A DNA stretch of 33,988 nucleotides from Candidatus Thorarchaeota archaeon (lineage in GTDB: Archaea > Asgardarchaeota > Thorarchaeia > Thorarchaeales > Thorarchaeaceae). Shown one piece after another: positions 25,077 to 33,988 of this stretch. Both the position numbers and the translations under genes were made by a program. The stretch spans positions 1 through 33,988 of the forward strand of contig JAEORO010000121.1 in NCBI GenBank assembly GCA_016840855.1, read 5' to 3'. Numbering within the stretch: position 1 is the stretch's first letter; every line of letters starts with the position of its first letter. Under the pieces are notes generated by a model that worked only from the letters and a program-made list of their open reading frames with translations, did no database searches and had not been told where the DNA came from.

Positions 25077-28016
25077 TCACTCCTCTTCAGTCAGAGCTAA
25101 CAAAACTGTTCGGATCTCTTTTGGACTAAGGCGCATCTTCAAAATATGGTCATCAACCAATTGAAGTTCATACCTATGACTGGGTGTTTCGTCAGCTCTT
25201 GCTCCGATAGCCTCGATAACATCAAAGCCGAGATCAATGGTGCAATGTTTTTCCTCTTCTGAAATATTCCAAAATCTAAGAACAAGATATTTTCTGTCTT
25301 CAGACTGCTTAAAGGCTGATAACAAAACATCCTCTTGTTCGATATTTAGACCGGTCCAATTGTACATGCCTTGTTTTGACTCGCCCGGTGATACGAATCG
25401 AGCCGTGAGCGGATTAAAGTATTCCTCAACATATCTATGAATACCTGCATCCTTCCAATGACTCGCGTGAGGTGTAATTGAAATTTCAAACATCTGTGGA
25501 CCAATGCATTGTGCACCGGGAGTTTCTAGATATGGTCCAGCTCCTCCATTTCGTGTCGTCAGGTTGGTCTTTGATAGCCAACCAACTGAGCGTAACAGAG
25601 TTACTGCTAGTGTTCCACCTGATTCTTCTAGCACCTCGTATTCTATTAGTCCCTTTGTAGCAATTGTGATACCCCGTTTCTTTGATGATACACTGACAAA
25701 GCTTCTCATTGGGTATGTAGGAGCAACTGGTTGGAACCAGTCCTTTCCCTCTCGTGGTCTGACTGGTCTCTCAATCATATCAAATGCTGAGTCTGCAACA
25801 CAAGTTTTGGCTCCTGTACCTGTGGGAAATAGCACTCGTAACCTATGGTCCTCCGCAAGATTCTCAAACTCAATATTGATGTGAACAGTCGGACTATTGG
25901 CAAATATTGAGAGTTCCATTGAAAAAGGACATATAACACGCTCATTTGATCTCGCAAGAGAATCGTTTGTCGCTGCCTCTGGGATTTCCAACTCACCATT
26001 AGCTATAAGGGAGCCAATTAGAGGTCCTGTGTGGCCTGTTTCAATAGACGCCGAGATGTCAGAATATCTTATGCTCTGATGATTAACAGCTGGGCAATAG
26101 TCATATGAGTCTCCAACATCTTCGCTGTCCTCGAACCCAATCAAACTAGTATATACTTCACCAGATTTCTTGTCAACGAGAGTAATTGTTCCATTGGAGG
26201 CAATCTCAACTTTTACAAGTTCATTTTCAATGCAATTCTCCTTGCATTTGACGCCATTCTTCATTTCTAAATCTGGTTCCTTTTCTGAAATGTTCAGGTC
26301 ATATCTCTTAAAGCCCAAACCTCCTACATCATCAGCCCGGAACGCTAAGGTCAGGAAGTTTTCTCTATCGGGTGCAAGTCTAGAGAGAGGGTCTCTTTTT
26401 GAGTTGACATCAAGCACTTGTAAAGGAACCAATTGTCCCAATTCATCAGACAGAGTATGGAATCCTTTCATGATATCGTCTGCATAATGCTTTCTTGCCC
26501 AAACTTCTACAATCTTGTTGTCAGAATTTACGCGAATTCTAAACGCAGTGGATGTATGTCCCAGTTCTCTCTTCATTTGCGGGAATAGCATCGCGAGCGC
26601 TGAGAAATCAAATTCAAATTCTGTTAACTTCCCTTGGGAAGTGGTTATCTCTCGAACGGCCGCTGGTTGAGGATCGAATCCATGTTTCCTAACGAAGTCA
26701 ATGTGAACTTCATTTTTCGCGGCTTCTAAAGGGGAAGATGGTGTAAATCCTAAACTCCCTAATGCAATCTCAGCAAGTCTACTATACTGAACATCTGATA
26801 ATGGGAACTCTACTACCGCAATACCAGTCCTCTCGTATGGAGATGGGTTTACTACAATGACACCCGGTCTTTCAGTTGTAGCTACTTGTTTAACACCATC
26901 TATGGCTTTTTCTAATAATGGTTCAGCAATCTCATTCACCCACCTGAAGCGATGCACCATGTCTTCATGAACAGCATCAATACTGCAGCCACATATGTCA
27001 TCATGAGGATGATTTCTCAAGAGATACTTCCATGCTAGTCTGAGTTGGTTTAGTGGGTATTCAAAACCATGTAGAAGACTGACTGCGGAGAATGGTTCAA
27101 CACTCCTTTCTAATAACCGTTGAATATACTCGTTCATTTGTTTAAGATAAACTCGTGCGGAGTAAACTCCACTCAAAAGGTTCTGGAATTTAGACCCTCT
27201 AAATTCGCCCCGATATCGTCTCAGTTCGCTTCGTTTCTCTCTAATCCTATCAACAAACTGTGGGAGTGTTCCCATTGTAATTTTATCTTCATTCTTTGAA
27301 TTGTATACATTAATGACATCTGGAACATGTGCTTGTGGCTCATCATGGTCTGATCCATTCATCAACAAGACAGTTCCAACCCTTGACCAAGGTCTAAGTT
27401 TTCTTACAGTGTCTTCTAATACAGAAACTGCATCATCAATGTCCAGAGGTAGTTTGGCTGAATTTCCATATGATAATGGTAACCAATGAGCAAGAACTTC
27501 ACTTCCTCCTCCTGCTTCCCAAATGAACTCTGACCCCAGTTCATCGATTTCATCCCCCCCGCCTCTAGCAAAGATTACCGAATCGCATCTAAATTGTGAG
27601 AGTATCTGAGGTAGCTGGCTGATATGTCCGAATGGGTCTGGAATATAACCCACATTCATAATAGGTCCAAAACCGCTTGCTACAGATTTTCCCATCAGTA
27701 GGTTCCTGATGAGTGCTTCGCCAGAAACTAGATAGACATCAGGTAAAACATACCAAGGACCAATCAATATTCGTCCATCTTGAATGTGCTTAGTCAGTCG
27801 CTCACGTCTCTCCGGTTTAATCTCAAGATAATCCTCAAGAACTACTGTCTGCCCATCAAACGTGAAATGTGTAAATCTGGGGTCTGTATCGATTATATTC
27901 AGAAGATTATCCACAAGTTTTACCAATCGCAATCTGAATTGTTGAAATGTCTGATACCATGCTCTATCCCAGTGGGTTTCGCTGATTAGAATTGAATCAT
28001 CCTTCGTATTTGTCAA
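25077..28016 (-). CDS. Glycoside hydrolase family 38 alpha-mannosidase (MngB-like)
   Basis: HWDRAWY, DGQ, GPWYVLPD, GYIPDPFGH (nucleophile Asp), NGSDH, HPHDDICGCSIDAVH, DHRLRV, TLLRSVG. TTG start. Confidence 0.95.
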   Translation of the reverse strand: MTNTKDDSILISETHWDRAWYQTFQQFRLRLVKLVDNLLNIIDTDPRFTHFTFDGQTVVLEDYLEIKPERRERLTKHIQDGRILIGPWYVLPDVYLVSGEALIRNLLMGKSVASGFGPIMNVGYIPDPFGHISQLPQILSQFRCDSVIFARGGGDEIDELGSEFIWEAGGGSEVLAHWLPLSYGNSAKLPLDIDDAVSVLEDTVRKLRPWSRVGTVLLMNGSDHDEPQAHVPDVINVYNSKNEDKITMGTLPQFVDRIREKRSELRRYRGEFRGSKFQNLLSGVYSARVYLKQMNEYIQRLLERSVEPFSAVSLLHGFEYPLNQLRLAWKYLLRNHPHDDICGCSIDAVHEDMVHRFRWVNEIAEPLLEKAIDGVKQVATTERPGVIVVNPSPYERTGIAVVEFPLSDVQYSRLAEIALGSLGFTPSSPLEAAKNEVHIDFVRKHGFDPQPAAVREITTSQGKLTEFEFDFSALAMLFPQMKRELGHTSTAFRIRVNSDNKIVEVWARKHYADDIMKGFHTLSDELGQLVPLQVLDVNSKRDPLSRLAPDRENFLTLAFRADDVGGLGFKRYDLNISEKEPDLEMKNGVKCKENCIENELVKVEIASNGTITLVDKKSGEVYTSLIGFEDSEDVGDSYDYCPAVNHQSIRYSDISASIETGHTGPLIGSLIANGELEIPEAATNDSLARSNERVICPFSMELSIFANSPTVHINIEFENLAEDHRLRVLFPTGTGAKTCVADSAFDMIERPVRPREGKDWFQPVAPTYPMRSFVSVSSKKRGITIATKGLIEYEVLEESGGTLAVTLLRSVGWLSKTNLTTRNGGAGPYLETPGAQCIGPQMFEISITPHASHWKDAGIHRYVEEYFNPLTARFVSPGESKQGMYNWTGLNIEQEDVLLSAFKQSEDRKYLVLRFWNISEEEKHCTIDLGFDVIEAIGARADETPSHRYELQLVDDHILKMRLSPKEIRTVLLALTEEE

Positions 28017-28141
28017 CTAACATCGCCCTGAATATTATCAACAACCTCACAAAACATATGCCCAATATGAATCGTTTGAATTATTTGGGGGTTATGAGCT
28101 ATACAATACAATGATTTGCAAATAATCGGGGGCATTGTGTC

Positions 28142-28894
28142 TTGATAGACCAATCACAAATCATTGAACTGGAACAAGTAGCTTCCAACGCTTGGGTTGC
28201 TGAAGAAATAGAACGTCTTGGTGGATGGTTTCTCCGCGCAAATGGCGGTGTGACACGACGTGCCAATAGTGTTCTTCCGCTCGGTCCGCCTCCTCCACCT
28301 CTTGAAGAGTCAATTGAGAAAGCAATCTCATTCTACAGAGAGAGGGGCCTAAAACCGCGATTTCAAATGACTGAAACTAGCAAGCCTATCGAACTTGATC
28401 GAGACCTTTCTGAACTTGGTTTTCTAGTAGGTCTTCAGGTAGAGGTTCATACTGCAGCAATCAACCATCTGATTCAGAAAGATACACCAATTGATGTGAT
28501 GACATCCAATGATATTTCAGATGGTTGGATGTCTGTGTATAGCGAAGCATCTGGATATGACTCTTCAACCATGGAAACTCGTAAGAATCTAATGAAACGT
28601 ACATCTCTGCCAAAAGCCTTTGCTCTAGCCAAAATAGACAGAGAACTTGCTGGTGTTGGCTTTGGTGTCGTAGAAGGCAAATGGCTAGGTCTTTTCAATA
28701 TAGCTAGTCATCCCTCTTTTCGTGGTCGTGGAGTTGCTCTTTCGGTCAACACAGCTCTAGCAAAATGGGCTCATCAGATAGGCGCACGCTCAGCATATCT
28801 CCAAGTTGAATCCGAAAACATTCCTGCTCAGAAGCTCTATGACAAACTAGGTTTCCAACATCTGTACACTTACTGGTACCGTAAATTGGACTGA
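28142..28894 (+). CDS. GNAT family N-acetyltransferase
   Basis: GVTRRANS N-terminal motif, acetyl-CoA motif FRGRGVA, and AYLQV...N..A..LY.KLGF. Confidence 0.9.
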   Translation: MIDQSQIIELEQVASNAWVAEEIERLGGWFLRANGGVTRRANSVLPLGPPPPPLEESIEKAISFYRERGLKPRFQMTETSKPIELDRDLSELGFLVGLQVEVHTAAINHLIQKDTPIDVMTSNDISDGWMSVYSEASGYDSSTMETRKNLMKRTSLPKAFALAKIDRELAGVGFGVVEGKWLGLFNIASHPSFRGRGVALSVNTALAKWAHQIGARSAYLQVESENIPAQKLYDKLGFQHLYTYWYRKLD

Positions 28895-28932
28895 AAATTG
28901 AAGAAAATTTTCGAATTCCGCAGAGATTTGCA

Positions 28933-29766
28933 TCATAACTTACTTACTAGACCTTCGTATTCAGATTTTATCTTGCGTCCTGTGTCAGAACCTCCAAAGT
29001 CTCCGGGTGTGACTGTTAAATCGTTACCATCTAGTACTGCTTCGATGACCAAGATTCCTGGAGATTCGATTTTCAAGCCAGACTTTCCATCACGTTCAAA
29101 ACGTTCAGTATAGACGAGCTCAGAATTTCGCGTGACTGAGAGCATGAGATATGCCATCTTCTTTTCCGCGAGTGAAGCCGAAGGTGCGGGCGGAGGAGCT
29201 GCATCTTCTATCGTTTCTGCGACGAGTGTTGGCATCGGTTCGGGCTTTGGTTGTGGTGCTCCTGCAATTGGTTCTGGCTTTGATTCCAGCTTCGGTGTTG
29301 GTTTTAGTGTTGGTCTAACAGGTTCCGCTTCTAGTAATGTCTTCTTTTTAGGAGCTCCAGCGATCGGTTCAGAAACTTTCTCTTCACCTTTGTATGCAAG
29401 TACTCCATCATCAAAAGACCATCGACCTTCTAGGACAGTTCTGAATTCCGCAATATTATTAGCTACATCTTGATCCGCATCATCTTTTTCCATCATCTCA
29501 ACAAACCTAGAGGTTGCCATCCCAATTGTCGTAATCCCAACTTGATGCCCTGACTTCTGCAACCCCCTAGCAATTCTTATTGCGTGCATACGTGTTGGCA
29601 TATTGACTCTGCGACCAATCCAAGTCCAGCAAGTGTCATTGATCTCATCCAGCACAATGAGTGCATTATCACTATTGACTAAAGTCGAATCTAATTTTAT
29701 AGTGGTTACTTCGCCAGAATCGTCTTTTAACATCAGCATGTATGGTTTTCTTGAAAGCGTCTTCAT
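28933..29766 (-). CDS. Gelsolin-like domain protein with Pro-rich linker and unknown C-terminal domain
   Basis: LVNSDNALIVLDE...CWTWIG...RMHAIRIARGL matches the gelsolin-repeat core. GGAGG precedes ATG 29766 (ORF-track start is 29799). Confidence 0.7.
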   Translation of the reverse strand: MKTLSRKPYMLMLKDDSGEVTTIKLDSTLVNSDNALIVLDEINDTCWTWIGRRVNMPTRMHAIRIARGLQKSGHQVGITTIGMATSRFVEMMEKDDADQDVANNIAEFRTVLEGRWSFDDGVLAYKGEEKVSEPIAGAPKKKTLLEAEPVRPTLKPTPKLESKPEPIAGAPQPKPEPMPTLVAETIEDAAPPPAPSASLAEKKMAYLMLSVTRNSELVYTERFERDGKSGLKIESPGILVIEAVLDGNDLTVTPGDFGGSDTGRKIKSEYEGLVSKL

Positions 29767-29853
29767 ACGAATCAGATGCCTCCTAAAATATAATCCCACT
29801 TACCTTTTGTCAGTCTATTGCATAAAAGAAAATATGCGATGTAAAGAATCCTT

Positions 29854-30132
29854 CTATGAACCTAGACTTGTAGCGGTCATATCGATTTCTGTGTCTATAA
29901 CGAGAATCGATTGAGTATCTTCAATGCCCTTTATTTTCCGGACCTTCTCTGTGATGATTTCAACGAGCGTTTCCATGTCGCGGCCTTTGACCTCAGCTAC
30001 AATATCATAAGGTCCAAAGACCTTGTGAGCCTCCTCGGTAACTGAAAGTGCTAGCATGTCTTTGAGAACTGCGTCTTCATGTCCCACCGCGGCTTTGATT
30101 AAGATATAGGCTTTTACCATGTCCATCACCAC
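29854..30132 (-). CDS. Stand-alone Lrp/AsnC ligand-binding (RAM) domain protein
   Basis: KAYILI...EAHKVFGPYDIVAEV...VRKIKGIEDTQS, with no HTH. Confidence 0.9.
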   Translation of the reverse strand: MVMDMVKAYILIKAAVGHEDAVLKDMLALSVTEEAHKVFGPYDIVAEVKGRDMETLVEIITEKVRKIKGIEDTQSILVIDTEIDMTATSLGS

Positions 30133-30263
30133 TGAACATTCCGCTCTCGAGCTAAGAGAACTGATAACTCTTGTCCTTAGCCTGGAAAAAAGATAGGAGA
30201 ATGACTATCGGAACTTCGAATGTCATTCATCCATCATGGATTCTCAGAATCCTATTTTGGTCT

Positions 30264-31067
30264 TCAATCCTCTCTTCTAAGATAGAACATTCTAAATCCT
30301 TGTCGAGTGATGATTGGAAGCAGTAGAATTGCTAGAATGATTATTAGAGCTGAGCCCATGGCTGCAAAATAGATGATGGGAATTGCGCTCTGACTGGTAG
30401 CAATTCCTGTTGTCGCCCATACAACCACTAACCCAAATGCTGCATCACGACGAATCACCAACATCAGCATTGTTATGGCTAGCGCCACTATAATCACTAC
30501 TGCAGTCCAAAGCTCTTGGGTGGGCATTGGAATCCCCGGTATAATCGCATTGAGGACTGAGGCGATATTTGCTATCACAGCTAAAGTTACCCAGCCAGCA
30601 TACACGCTAATGGGCAGATGTACCGCAATCTTTTGGTTTGTCGGCACATTGACAGCACCAATCTCCAGCTTAACATATGTATATAACATTAGAACAAGGA
30701 ACAATCCGATTAAGATTGGTGTGAATGCATAGATTCCTGGTTGTCCGTAAGAATAATGGAACAGGATAAGCCATGATGTATTGATCAAACCACCAAGTAC
30801 AAAGAACAAAACAGTTGGCTTGAGATATGCGGCCTCTCTTTGACTTGGACGAGCCTGATAGATCATAAAGACGATGAGTAGTGTATAGATAACGCTCCAT
30901 ATTGAAAAGACATAGCCCGGAGGTGTAAACAGACTCGGATACGAATCTGATACATCTTTGGAGGTCACACCATTCACTGGAATGATTTCTGCAACGGCAT
31001 TGACTACTATTGTGCTGATAATCGCAATTATATTCACTATTTGAAGGATACTAGATCTGTAACTCAA
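30264..31067 (-). CDS. TspO/MBR-related multi-pass membrane protein
   Basis: VSDSYPSLFTPPGYVFSIWSVIY, N..W...F, PISVYAGWVTLA..AN; about 8 TM; GAGGAG RBS before the TTG start. Confidence 0.8.
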   Translation of the reverse strand: MSYRSSILQIVNIIAIISTIVVNAVAEIIPVNGVTSKDVSDSYPSLFTPPGYVFSIWSVIYTLLIVFMIYQARPSQREAAYLKPTVLFFVLGGLINTSWLILFHYSYGQPGIYAFTPILIGLFLVLMLYTYVKLEIGAVNVPTNQKIAVHLPISVYAGWVTLAVIANIASVLNAIIPGIPMPTQELWTAVVIIVALAITMLMLVIRRDAAFGLVVVWATTGIATSQSAIPIIYFAAMGSALIIILAILLLPIITRQGFRMFYLRRED

Positions 31068-31104
31068 AAGTCATCTCCTCAAAAGGTACAGGTGAAATAT
31101 GCAT

Positions 31105-31112
31105 ATATATAA
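31105..31112 (-). promoter_or_regulatory. Putative archaeal TATA box for the TspO-like gene
   Basis: TTATATAT on the minus strand about 40 nt upstream of the start codon. Confidence 0.45.
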
Positions 31113-31204
31113 TTAACTATTGTTACCTTTTCACATGGATTTCAAGGAGTACTCATATAATCAAAACTCAAGTGAAGAAAGATATAGAATAGAAAGAATT
31201 ACTG

Positions 31205-31224
31205 TGGGCAGCCAAAGCTGCCCA
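31205..31224 (-). terminator. GC-rich hairpin followed by a T-rich tract on the minus strand
   Basis: tgggcagc-caaa-gctgccca, a perfect 8-bp inverted repeat downstream of the small Cys-rich ORF; could alternatively be an operator. Confidence 0.5.
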
Positions 31225-31258
31225 ATATCTTAAGACAAAAGAAAAGTTTGGTTGTGGT

Positions 31259-31396
31259 CTAACCAGACATAGCAAACCTTGGGCACTTATCCTTGTTAAT
31301 ACCAGGGGTTTCACAAGGTTTGTTCATCCCAGTGTAGAACTTGAAACCATCAACACCGCATTTTCCTTCAGACTCATTATACTCTGGACAGGTCAT
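31259..31396 (-). CDS. 45-aa Cys-rich small protein, putative metal-binding (not in the ORF track)
   Basis: MTCPEYNESEGKCGVDGFKFYTGMNKPCETPGINKDKCPRFAMSG*: four Cys with CPxY and CPxF ends. It fills an otherwise empty intergenic gap and is followed by a T-tract. Confidence 0.7.
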   Translation of the reverse strand: MTCPEYNESEGKCGVDGFKFYTGMNKPCETPGINKDKCPRFAMSG

Positions 31397-31526
31397 TGCA
31401 CATACTCTCAAATTTGGTCGTTCTTTAGCCCGCGGTCCCTAAGTCCCTGGACTATTAACCCGACCTGACGACCTGCGCATATTAAGCTATTTCGGCTGAT
31501 TTCATTCTAGTATAGGTCTTCTCGAA

Positions 31527-32333
31527 TTACAAATAGCCACGTTCACGAAGGACCTCACGAAGAATCGCAGGATAATCAGTGAATATGCCATTTATTTCCA
31601 TGCTCAGTAGTCTTTCCATGTCCTCTCTGTTATTGATTGTCCAGACATGAACTGCAATGTCTCTGTCGTGTGCTGCTTTGATGAACTTCGATGTCACAAT
31701 GTGAACTGATTCACTTCTCTCTGGGACCTGGAATGCTTTGTATTGGACTGACCTTACAAACATCCCCAACATTCTCATATTGACTCCTATGACAAAATTC
31801 CGAATCTCATTTGGATGGGCAGATGTTGGAATCATCGGAGCATACTCTCTGAACCTCTTCAATTGAGGGGGAAGGAATGAAGCTATCATGATCTTCTCAG
31901 TTCTTTTATTCTCAAGTAAAACCCGTGCGACTTCAGCAGGTGCTTCACGGAAGTTATCTTTGATATCCAGATTGAGGATGGTGTCTGGGAATCGTTGTAG
32001 TGCTTCTTCTAAAGTTATAACTTTCAATCCCTTTCCTCGAAACGGATAGGTCCGGCCGCCATCTGTTGTGAATGTATGTCCAAGATCAATCTGCAATAGC
32101 TCATCTAAGGTCTTCTCCCTTATTGAACCAGAAACCCCTGTCGTTCGCGTAAGGTCCTCATCATGGAATAATATTGGAATATCGTCCTTTGTGAATCGAA
32201 TGTCTGACTCGAGGACATCCACTCCAATCTTTACAGCAGCCTCCAGAGCAAGAATGGTGTTCTCTGGAATATTACCAGATTCTCCACGATGAGCCATGAC
32301 CAATGGTCGCCCTATATCAAAAATCAGTTTCAA
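31527..32333 (-). CDS. Glycerophosphodiester phosphodiesterase (GDPD/UgpQ family)
   Basis: AHRG, PENT, ESDIRFTKD, HDEDLTRTT, VHVWTIN, GIFTDYP. Confidence 0.95.
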   Translation of the reverse strand: MKLIFDIGRPLVMAHRGESGNIPENTILALEAAVKIGVDVLESDIRFTKDDIPILFHDEDLTRTTGVSGSIREKTLDELLQIDLGHTFTTDGGRTYPFRGKGLKVITLEEALQRFPDTILNLDIKDNFREAPAEVARVLLENKRTEKIMIASFLPPQLKRFREYAPMIPTSAHPNEIRNFVIGVNMRMLGMFVRSVQYKAFQVPERSESVHIVTSKFIKAAHDRDIAVHVWTINNREDMERLLSMEINGIFTDYPAILREVLRERGYL

Positions 32334-33575
32334 TCACATCCTAAAATCAAATGCAACCTTTATTGCACCATTCTGTCCTTTGTTAGAGGCGATAGTGAAA
32401 GCTGTCTTGTACTCATCAATGCTATACTTGTGTGTAACAAGCCCTGCAAGTAAAGGATGATTTTTCTCAATCAACTCGAAAGCCAGTTCCATGCTGTCAA
32501 TCGATGTTCCATCATGATATTCTATGCCATGCATCATTGAACCTATAATGTGTACCTGTTTGTAGACCGTTAATATCCAGTCAGTCTTCTTTGTAACTCC
32601 AAAACTCATACCAACTATCACAAGAGTCCCATTATTTCTGACAAGACGCAGCGAGTCATCCAATGTTGAATCTGTTCCAACACAATCAAAGATAATGTCC
32701 GGCCCACTTCCTCCATAGAGTATCTTGTTTCCAATTGCAGGTTTTAGTAGATGGCCACCCGTAAAATCCGCAACCTTTTGAAAGAGCGCATCTTTCTTCC
32801 CCTCAGATATCACTTCATCTGCACCGAGGCGCTTGGCAACCTCTTCTTGAAATGGATATCTAGCTATGACAAGTATCTTACACTTCGACCCAAGCCCCCT
32901 GATTGCCATGACCGTCAATAACCCAATAATTCCAGCTCCAAGGACAATAACTGTATCATCATCCGAAGGCAGCTTTTGGCTTACAGCATGAATCGCTACC
33001 GCTAGAGGTTCTGCAAGGAGAGCTGCGTCTTCAGGAACAACTTCTGGTATTTTCTGCAATTGACCTGCATATGTAACAAAGTATTCGCTAAATGTACCAC
33101 TACCAAACCCTCCAAAGTTCAAACGCCCTCCATATGTTTCCTCAAGGTCAGAGCTGTCCCCAATTCCCACAATTGCTTGACACGTTTCAGGTCTGCCCTC
33201 TCTACAACTCTCGCAGTATTCAAAACCATAGCACTCACAAGAAACCACCGGAGAGTGACCTACTCTATCCCCAACCTTTAATCCGTCAACCTCGCTACCA
33301 ACTTCCTCTACAACACCTACTACTTCGTGACCCAGAGGAAATGGATTGTCTTTTCTCGCAAGAATAGTAGCTGAATAAGAAAGATTGACATCAATTTGGT
33401 TAACATCTGATGCGCATATACCTGACATGATAGGTCTAACGATTACCTGTCGTGGATACTTAATCTCTGGTTTTGGCCAGTCCTCTCTATATTTTATCAT
33501 CGCATATTTTCCAGCAAGCTTCATCTTCTTTCTAATGACCTTACTGATTTTGAGGTCGTACATTATCGCCTTCAT
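32334..33575 (-). CDS. Zinc-dependent medium-chain alcohol dehydrogenase
   Basis: GICASD, GHE, structural Zn Cys cluster, EPLAVAIHA, GAGIIG, IKVAF. ATG 33575 (MKAIMY) is preferred because the ORF-track start 33659 lies inside the upstream terminator. Confidence 0.92.
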   Translation of the reverse strand: MKAIMYDLKISKVIRKKMKLAGKYAMIKYREDWPKPEIKYPRQVIVRPIMSGICASDVNQIDVNLSYSATILARKDNPFPLGHEVVGVVEEVGSEVDGLKVGDRVGHSPVVSCECYGFEYCESCREGRPETCQAIVGIGDSSDLEETYGGRLNFGGFGSGTFSEYFVTYAGQLQKIPEVVPEDAALLAEPLAVAIHAVSQKLPSDDDTVIVLGAGIIGLLTVMAIRGLGSKCKILVIARYPFQEEVAKRLGADEVISEGKKDALFQKVADFTGGHLLKPAIGNKILYGGSGPDIIFDCVGTDSTLDDSLRLVRNNGTLVIVGMSFGVTKKTDWILTVYKQVHIIGSMMHGIEYHDGTSIDSMELAFELIEKNHPLLAGLVTHKYSIDEYKTAFTIASNKGQNGAIKVAFDFRM

Positions 33576-33634
33576 CAGAGAACACCTTGAAGTAACAGAA
33601 ACTAACAAAGGTTCACCCAGATATATGCATCGGC

Positions 33635-33668
33635 AAAAAGAGAAGAAAAGGAGCACCAACGTGCTCCT
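33635..33668 (-). terminator. Hairpin plus U-tract terminator after porB
   Basis: Minus strand aggagcac-gttg-gtgctcct followed by tttcttctcttttt. Confidence 0.75.
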
Positions 33669-33676
33669 AGAACGAG

Positions 33677-33988
33677 TTATTCAACTCCACAACGCTTCTT
33701 CAAGAAATCCCAGTCATGATTGACCTGTTCTTGGATTCTCTTTCTGAAGTCTTCCCACTCTGGTTTGAAGAGGTGCTTGAACTGTCCCTGAGTCTTGAAG
33801 TACTCATCAACAGGTTTCAGACCTGCCTCTGCGACTCGTTTGCTCGGAGCTGACATGATCCATTCCTCACCATCTATGACTTCGTAGAGAGGATGGAGTC
33901 CAGTTTCCACAGCAAGTCTAGACAGCGAAATGGTGTCCCCTGTTGCAGAACGCCAACCTCTGGGACAAGGTGAGAACGCGTGCACGAA
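33677..33988 (-). CDS. porB: C-terminal part of a pyruvate/2-oxoacid:ferredoxin oxidoreductase beta subunit (5' end outside the window)
   Basis: FVHAFSPCPRGWR, LAVETG..PLYEV, KPVDEY.K.QG.FKHL. The frame is open to the window edge. Confidence 0.88.
   Translation of the reverse strand, partial: FVHAFSPCPRGWRSATGDTISLSRLAVETGLHPLYEVIDGEEWIMSAPSKRVAEAGLKPVDEYFKTQGQFKHLFKPEWEDFRKRIQEQVNHDWDFLKKRCGVE

Noticed and set aside
30185-30255. Short inverted repeats (gaatgac/gtcattc, ggattc/gaatcc) between the TspO-like and Lrp genes
   Set aside because: Stems of 6-7 bp are within chance expectation and show no tRNA or known ncRNA features.
32325-32345. In-frame TGA between the Zn-ADH and GDPD genes as selenocysteine or readthrough
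   Set aside because: Both proteins are complete at the junction, the TGA is not at a catalytic Cys position, and abutting stop/start codons are common in operons.

Overview
About 34 kb of archaeal chromosome, most likely an Asgard archaeon (Thorarchaeia-like). This is inferred from GGAGG/GGTGA ribosome-binding motifs, TATA-type promoters and longin-, gelsolin-, Vps62- and AN1-like genes. The main feature is a tightly coupled ~15 kb minus-strand operon (17806->2734). In order it encodes: an ABC-2 permease; an ABC ATPase with two N-terminal TrmB-like subdomains; a 1460-aa membrane-anchored subtilase-like protein lacking the catalytic Ser and carrying a GIFT (GldG/IFT52/OST48/Site-1 protease)-like domain; a second ABC ATPase; a 2157-aa surface protein (FG-GAP/BBS2-like propeller, long TSP3-type Ca-binding array, TM); and, past one in-frame TAG, an adaptin-ear-like domain. 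The operon's last codons (KPVRIV) recur twice downstream, bracketing two small membrane-protein genes like accreted cassettes. The rest is metabolic genes (flavodoxin, radical SAM, nadB, GH38, GNAT, GDPD, Zn-ADH, porB), eukaryote-like signature genes and an unannotated 45-aa Cys-rich ORF. All domain calls are by-eye motif recognition, not database searches. I saw no rRNA, tRNA, CRISPR array or transposase.
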